Of a stretch of 64,000 nucleotides of DNA, positions 58,281 to 64,000 are shown in pieces. The notes beneath the pieces were generated by a model that saw nothing but the letters and a program-made list of their open reading frames with translations, had not been told where the DNA came from and ran no database searches. The DNA is taken from NCBI GenBank assembly GCA_038883655.1, contig JAVZLQ010000001.1, positions 160,001 through 224,000 of the forward strand, given 5' to 3'. The number at the start of each line of letters is the position of its first letter. Position 1 is the first letter of the stretch. Position numbers and translations under genes: made by a program. The stretch comes from Candidatus Bathyarchaeia archaeon (GTDB lineage Archaea; Thermoproteota; Bathyarchaeia; Bathyarchaeales; Bathycorpusculaceae).

Positions 58281-60179
58281 TTGAACGCAAAAATTAAAAG
58301 CATTATAGCTTGTGCGATTTCACTTCTGGTGTTAAGTTTGTTGTTTTCATCGCGAGCGAAGTTTGCCTTTTCACAAGGCACAGGTCCAATTAAGATTGGT
58401 GTAATTACGGACCTTTCTGGTGCGCTTGCATATTATGGAGAGATGGAGGTGAACGGTCTTTACCTTGGAATAGAGTACGCTACTGGTGGAACTTTTAAGG
58501 TTTTAGGCAGAGACATACAAATAATTGTTGAAGACGATGTAGGGAATCCAACACAAGCTGCATCTAAGGCAACAAAGCTGATTTTGCAAGATGGCGTGGA
58601 CTTCCTTCAAGGGTGCGCTAGTAGTGCATGCGCAAGCGCGGTTCAAGCTGTAGCTGCGCAATATGGCGTAATATTCATGGTTGCTCCCGCTGCGGATGAG
58701 AAAATTACTGGCGAAGGATATAACCGGTATACTTTTAGAACTGCAAGCAGCACTTGGCATGACGCCTTTACGGGTGGAGCCTTTGCAGCTACATACATGG
58801 GAAAAACATTTGCCTTTTTGGCACCAGATTATTCATGGGGTTACAGCACTGTTAAATGTTGGAAGTATGTCATCGAGAAATATGGTGGGCAAGTTATACA
58901 CGTTGAGTATGCGCCTACAACCACGGTAAATTTTGCACCTTACCTTAACAGAATAATATCTGCGGATCCTGACTGCTTCATACCAGTTTGGTCAGGAACT
59001 GGAGCAATGTATATGTTTCAAGCGATGGCTGACCTTCATATTTATGACTATATGAATGTAACTTCCGGAATTGGTGATCTTTTCAGCCTCCAACTTTTGA
59101 ATGTAGCCATAAACTTTACTGGAATGACCAAGTACGCCTATTTGCTTCCAAATAACACCGTTAACGATTGGCTTGTGAACACATGGAGAGTCAGATATGA
59201 TGCAGGTACATTGCCAAGAAAAACGTCCATGACGCTTCCTGTACCCGATCTGTTCGTGGAAAGCGCATTTGCAGCTGGTCAAGCAATAGTTTACGCAATC
59301 CAGCAGGCTGGAACCATTAACACGGAGATTTTGATATCTACTCTTGAGGGCTTGAATTTTACTGGTCCAAAAGGAAATATGTATATTAGGCCAGAGGATC
59401 ACCAAGCCTTGCAAAGCATGTATATTGCTCAGGTTTTTAATGATACAACTTCTTGGATAACAAACTACTATCCTAATGGATTTATAAATTTGAGACTAGT
59501 AGCGGAAATTCCACCAGAATTTACGGCTCCGCCAATTAGAGGAGACATAACTCCTCCCACTATAACTAATGTTGCTAATACGCCTAGCATACCCACCCTC
59601 ATTGATGACGTCAATATCACCGCAACGATTACAGATGACCTTACTGGAGTCAAAAATGCAAGCGTATACTATTCTATAGATGGTGGTCTTAACTGGTCTC
59701 AAGTTCCAATGCAACACATTGGAGATTCAACATACAAGGCAACAATTCCAAAACAAGAGGACGGCACAGTTGTACAATACTATGTAAACGCTGCAGACAT
59801 AGCGCTAAACACCAACCAGTCAGCTATTTACGTGTACACGGTTGCAGACTTGCCCAAATATTACTTGACCATATCGGTTCAACCGGCAAATGGAGGAACC
59901 ACCAACCCGCCAGCTGGTACTGTAAGCTACACAGAAGGCGAGAACGCAGCCGTGACGGTTACAGCCGCAGAAGGGTTCGAGTTTGACTATTGGGAACTTG
60001 ACGGAGTTAAAATCAATATTACAGCAACAACGTATGTTGTGCCGATGTATGCAAACCATACGCTTATTGCGTATATGAAAGTTAAGCAGGGAATACCAAC
60101 AGAGTGGCTCATAGGCGGCGCAGTCGCTGGAATAGCAATAATCGTACTAGCCGTTGTATTTCTAAAGAAAAGAAAATAG
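58281..60179 (+). CDS. LIV-type substrate-binding protein with C-terminal stalk domains and TM anchor
   Basis: Signal peptide; IKIGV..LSG, DYSWG and GPKG..IRPEDHQ motifs; beta-rich extension; TM plus KKRK. Confidence 0.88.
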   Translation: MNAKIKSIIACAISLLVLSLLFSSRAKFAFSQGTGPIKIGVITDLSGALAYYGEMEVNGLYLGIEYATGGTFKVLGRDIQIIVEDDVGNPTQAASKATKLILQDGVDFLQGCASSACASAVQAVAAQYGVIFMVAPAADEKITGEGYNRYTFRTASSTWHDAFTGGAFAATYMGKTFAFLAPDYSWGYSTVKCWKYVIEKYGGQVIHVEYAPTTTVNFAPYLNRIISADPDCFIPVWSGTGAMYMFQAMADLHIYDYMNVTSGIGDLFSLQLLNVAINFTGMTKYAYLLPNNTVNDWLVNTWRVRYDAGTLPRKTSMTLPVPDLFVESAFAAGQAIVYAIQQAGTINTEILISTLEGLNFTGPKGNMYIRPEDHQALQSMYIAQVFNDTTSWITNYYPNGFINLRLVAEIPPEFTAPPIRGDITPPTITNVANTPSIPTLIDDVNITATITDDLTGVKNASVYYSIDGGLNWSQVPMQHIGDSTYKATIPKQEDGTVVQYYVNAADIALNTNQSAIYVYTVADLPKYYLTISVQPANGGTTNPPAGTVSYTEGENAAVTVTAAEGFEFDYWELDGVKINITATTYVVPMYANHTLIAYMKVKQGIPTEWLIGGAVAGIAIIVLAVVFLKKRK

Positions 60180-60243
60180 AGCTCGCGGAAAGCGCACAAA
60201 TCTTATTAATTTATAACTTAAAATAATACATTCGGGTTATAAC

Positions 60244-61785
60244 ATGAAAAAGGAAATTAGAAGCCTCATTTTAATGGTTACCATTGCAATTTTGGCCATC
60301 GCATACGTTGGATATGCTCAATATCAATGGCCAATGTTCCGCCAAAATGCTACCCGCACAGGGTACACTTCAAGTCCAGGACCAACAATGAATCAGACTC
60401 TGTGGACGTTCAATGCCACATATGATATTTGGGGTCCGTCTCCATCCGTAGTGGATGGTGTACTCTATATAAGCTTGGGTTTCGGGCCTTCCTTGATAGC
60501 CTTAAACGCAACAACGGGTGAACTAATTTGGAACTACACTGGGCTTACTTGGATCTCGTCTTCTCCAATGGTTGCTTATGGAATGGTTTATTTCGGCTCT
60601 TTTGATAAGAATGTTTACGCATTAAATGCAACTACGGGCGGTAAGGTATGGAACTACACAACTGGAGGCTTTATGGCAGCTTCTTCTCCTGCAGTAGCGG
60701 ACGGTGTGGTATACATTGGTGGCGGATATGGAAAAGGTGTTTTTGCTTTAAATGCCACAACGGGAGATGAATTGTGGAACTACACTACTGAAGGCGATGT
60801 TCATTCTTCTCCTGCAATCGTTAACGGAATATTGTACATAGGTTCTTATGATAACAATGTTTACGCATTAAATGCCACAACTGGAGAAAGAATATGGAAC
60901 TACACAACAGGCTCCGATGTATATTCGTCTCCCACAGTTGTTGATGGAATTGTCTACATAGGCTCAAATGACAACAACATTTACGCGTTAAACGCGACCA
61001 CAGGCGAGAAAATATGGAACTACACAACTGGATACTGGGTTGTTTCATCTCCAGCTGTTGCTGACGGAGTAGTTTACGTAGGTTCTTATGATTTCAATGT
61101 TTACGCATTAAATGCCACAACTGGAGAAAGAATATGGAACTACACAACCGGAGGCTCTATCTCTTCTTCACCCGCAATTTCAAGTAACGGCATAATCTAC
61201 ATCGGTTCAGGTGACAACAAAACCTACGCACTAAATGCACAAACAGGAGAACTCATATGGAGCTTTGAAACTGGCGGTGATGTCTGGTCCTCTCCTGCCA
61301 TTGCTGACGGAGTAGTCTATTTTGCTTCACGTTACGAAGGTAAAATTTACGCTGTTTGCGGCAGCCACCAAACATTTAACGTGGTCTGGGAAACACAAGA
61401 CTATTCGGTAACCATAATCAGCAATTCCTCATTGCTGGACTTCGCGTTCAGCCAGCCAGACAAGCAAATAAGCTTCAAAGTTGTAGGACCAAAAGCTATG
61501 AACAGTTTCTGCAACGTAACAATTCCGAAAAGCTTACTCGGTGGAGATTGGACAGTTCAAATAGACGATTCAGACGTCATCCCAATCATAAGTGAAAACG
61601 ATACTTACACATGCATTTACATAACATACACGCATGAAAGCACACATACCATAAAAATCATAGGATCATGGGTAGTTCCAGAATTCTCAACAGCCATCCT
61701 CATAATATCACTAATGATTACAACAATATTGACAGTGCTACTACGAAAAGGATGGTTTCCTAAGAAAAATCGCATACAAAAATAG
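60244..61785 (+). CDS. PQQ-like beta-propeller surface protein with PEF-CTERM-type anchor
   Basis: WPMFR; about seven 40-aa SSP..DG.VY.GS.D..VYALNATTG..IW repeats; VPEF plus TM plus basic tail. Confidence 0.9.
   Translation: MKKEIRSLILMVTIAILAIAYVGYAQYQWPMFRQNATRTGYTSSPGPTMNQTLWTFNATYDIWGPSPSVVDGVLYISLGFGPSLIALNATTGELIWNYTGLTWISSSPMVAYGMVYFGSFDKNVYALNATTGGKVWNYTTGGFMAASSPAVADGVVYIGGGYGKGVFALNATTGDELWNYTTEGDVHSSPAIVNGILYIGSYDNNVYALNATTGERIWNYTTGSDVYSSPTVVDGIVYIGSNDNNIYALNATTGEKIWNYTTGYWVVSSPAVADGVVYVGSYDFNVYALNATTGERIWNYTTGGSISSSPAISSNGIIYIGSGDNKTYALNAQTGELIWSFETGGDVWSSPAIADGVVYFASRYEGKIYAVCGSHQTFNVVWETQDYSVTIISNSSLLDFAFSQPDKQISFKVVGPKAMNSFCNVTIPKSLLGGDWTVQIDDSDVIPIISENDTYTCIYITYTHESTHTIKIIGSWVVPEFSTAILIISLMITTILTVLLRKGWFPKKNRIQK
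60841..61148 (+). repeat. Near-identical 68-bp intragenic repeat (60841-60908 and 61081-61148)
   Basis: 2 mismatches in 68 bp; spacing 240 bp, equal to two blades. Confidence 0.85.
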
Positions 61786-61861
61786 ACCTAACAAACCTCA
61801 CTTTTCTTTTTCACTTCAACATAAGAAACTGTAATATAAGATATTCTCAACTAGTTTAAGT

Positions 61862-63721
61862 ATGCAAGAAACCAGAAAGAACTTGGCACTCACACTTCTG
61901 CTTTCACTATTCATCTTTACATTTCCCATATTAGAAGTTGCAGATGCAGAAATCGAGGATCAAAGCAGTAATCCTGAAAATGTCGGCCCCTACACAGTTG
62001 GTTGGATTCAAGTGAACATTTCAAAAAATGGAGGAGAACAGCTTCCGATAATTGTATTCTATCCAGCAGTAATTGACGGCGAAGAAAGCGACCCTAATTC
62101 CACAGATGCACCGTACCCAGCAGTATTGTTTAGTCCAGGATATAGATCGCCCATAGAAAATTATCGCGCTTTGGGTTTGAAAATCGCAAGTTGGGGTTTC
62201 ATAACAGCGTTGGTGGGTTCTAACCTTGAAAGCTGGGACATTGATAGGGTTAACGATTTGGAGGGTGCTCTAAACTGGCTTGATGAACAAAACGATAATT
62301 CCTCCTTCAAGCTCCACCAATTAATAGATGAGTCAAAGTTTATAGTTTCTGGGCATTCGCTTGGAGCGGAAGCTGCTTTGATCCTTTCTATTTCTGAACA
62401 TAGGTTAAAAGCAGTAATTCCAATAGCACCGTTTATCTATCCACCGTGGACTTTCATGTACCCTTCATCTGCTAAGGATATTCATATTCCAATGCTCATA
62501 CTTGTGGGATCTGCTGATACAATAAGTCCACCCAGTACAATGGCGTATCCCATTTATGAAAATGGAAATGTTCCAAAGTTTTGCTTGACAATCATCGGAA
62601 GCGACCATTTCACCATCATTTTCACATGCACCAAATACATAATCTCATTCTTAAAATTCTATTTCCATAACGAACAAGAATATGCAAGATACCTATACGG
62701 TTTTGAAGCCCAACAAGAAGCCCTTAACGGAAAAATAGATCTAAAATATGATTTAAGAACAACCTTCGAGTATGAAATCATTTTTAAGGGAATTTCATGT
62801 GAGATACACGTTTATTCCGACTCAACTTTTCTAGATTTGACCTTCAACGAGAGTTTAATGGAGATGACCTTTAGAGTATTTGGTCCACCTCATACTGTTG
62901 GAACAGCTAACATCTCAATCCCAAAAGCGCCGCTTGAAGAATATACTATCAAAGCTTATTTCGACGGAGAATTGTACTCGTTCACTCTTACTAACAGCTC
63001 CACATTAGACTTTGTTTATTTATGTTACAACCACAGCCTGCATGAATTAAAGCTATGTTTTGTGGACTTAACTCCACCAACTCTACTCATATTTTCGCCA
63101 AAAGAAAATTCTGTGCTTCCATCTTCTACCGTCGTAGTAGCATGGATCAGCAAAGATGCAGCATCAGGACTTAATTATTTCGAGGTAAAAGTTGACGAAG
63201 GTCCATGGTTAAGGGTTGAAAACGCAATGGCTTACGAGTTTGAAAATTTAAATGATGGAAATCACACCGCGTATGTCAAAGCCTATGATTTTGCTGGAAA
63301 TGTCAAAGAGGCGCGCATAAACTTTAAAATAGACACAATACCGCCAGCAGTCTCTCTGCTTTCACCTGATGCATGTTCTACGCTAAACTCTTCGAATATA
63401 ACAATTACCTGGGTTGGCACAGATTACATCGCCGGAATTGAACGTTACGAAGTGAAATTAGATAATGATCCGTGGATAAACGTAGGAACAAACGAAACAT
63501 ATACTCTCTATAATTTGGCAAATGGAAAACATGAGTTATACATTAAAGCCATAGATAAAGCTGGAAACGTTTTTGAAATGCAAGTAAGTTTCAATGTTGA
63601 CGCAAATTATGGTACGGACTTTTTGCCTTTGACGATAATAAGCATAATTATTCTTTGTTTAGCTTTTCCCATTGCACTTTACATAGCAAAGAAAGTTAAA
63701 TTACACAGGAAAAATTTCTAA
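61862..63721 (+). CDS. Secreted, membrane-anchored cutinase/chlorophyllase-like hydrolase with Ig-like repeats
   Basis: Signal peptide; SPGY, ASWGF, GHSLG, GSADT and GSDHF motifs; two D.TPP...AYD.AGN-type repeats; C-terminal TM. Confidence 0.82.
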   Translation: MQETRKNLALTLLLSLFIFTFPILEVADAEIEDQSSNPENVGPYTVGWIQVNISKNGGEQLPIIVFYPAVIDGEESDPNSTDAPYPAVLFSPGYRSPIENYRALGLKIASWGFITALVGSNLESWDIDRVNDLEGALNWLDEQNDNSSFKLHQLIDESKFIVSGHSLGAEAALILSISEHRLKAVIPIAPFIYPPWTFMYPSSAKDIHIPMLILVGSADTISPPSTMAYPIYENGNVPKFCLTIIGSDHFTIIFTCTKYIISFLKFYFHNEQEYARYLYGFEAQQEALNGKIDLKYDLRTTFEYEIIFKGISCEIHVYSDSTFLDLTFNESLMEMTFRVFGPPHTVGTANISIPKAPLEEYTIKAYFDGELYSFTLTNSSTLDFVYLCYNHSLHELKLCFVDLTPPTLLIFSPKENSVLPSSTVVVAWISKDAASGLNYFEVKVDEGPWLRVENAMAYEFENLNDGNHTAYVKAYDFAGNVKEARINFKIDTIPPAVSLLSPDACSTLNSSNITITWVGTDYIAGIERYEVKLDNDPWINVGTNETYTLYNLANGKHELYIKAIDKAGNVFEMQVSFNVDANYGTDFLPLTIISIIILCLAFPIALYIAKKVKLHRKNF

Positions 63722-63796
63722 TCTACAAATTTTCTATAAAAAAGTTCCACAAAACCTTTATAAAATTAATCAACAATATAACCTCACGGTGTTCTT

Positions 63797-64000
63797 ATGA
63801 AAAAAATAAATAAAGTATCCAGCGTTACAATCGTTGTTTTGTGTCTAATGGCTCTATTACTATTTCAGAGATCAATAAGAGTGGTAGGTAGTGACGAAAC
63901 CTCTGACTGGACCATGTACCGCCATGACGTTAACAGAAGCGGACATACACAAATTGCTGGGCCAAAATATAGCTTCACAAAATGGACGCACCAAACTGGT
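63797..64000 (+). CDS. Second PQQ-like beta-propeller protein, truncated by the window edge
   Basis: Hand translation gives a signal peptide then DWTMYRHDVNRSG..GP...KW, like the N-terminus of 60244. Confidence 0.75.
   Translation, partial: MKKINKVSSVTIVVLCLMALLLFQRSIRVVGSDETSDWTMYRHDVNRSGHTQIAGPKYSFTKWTHQTG

Noticed and set aside
60500-61330. CRISPR-like periodic repeats
   Set aside because: The 120-bp period is in-frame beta-propeller blades; no unique spacers and no cas genes.

Overview
Archaeal chromosomal window. Gene content (archaeal MAT, TiaS, Tsr3, a divergent EF-2, PEF-CTERM surface proteins) fits TACK and most likely Bathyarchaeia; this is inferred and no search was run. 1-44.5 kb is mostly housekeeping (fen, EF-1beta, cdc48, truD, mat, tsr3, nnr, tiaS, alaS, leuS, mtnA, endA, hisS, EF-2) with three tRNAs. 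Three regions stand out. (1) 17.9-23.0 kb holds two paralogous small proteins, two cysteine-free Get3/ArsA-family ATPases (one with the switch-I Asp replaced by Asn), a CstA-family transporter and a protein resembling eukaryotic CCDC47 (PAT complex). This is a candidate uncharacterised membrane transport or biogenesis system. (2) A 4.84-kb element is integrated in tRNA-Thr(GGT) with an SSV1-style split integrase. The tRNA acceptor stem only pairs after splicing a 22-nt BHB intron at position 70/71. That intron lies in the att repeat and inside the integrase reading frame, and a remnant of an older related integrase flanks attR. (3) 49.8-64 kb is an accessory catabolic and surface locus: MaoC, acyl-CoA ligase, atypical KAS III, two hydrolases, a LIV-type ABC transporter, beta-propellers and an anchored cutinase/PETase-like hydrolase. 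No CRISPR array or rRNA was seen. Family calls come from motifs recognised by eye.
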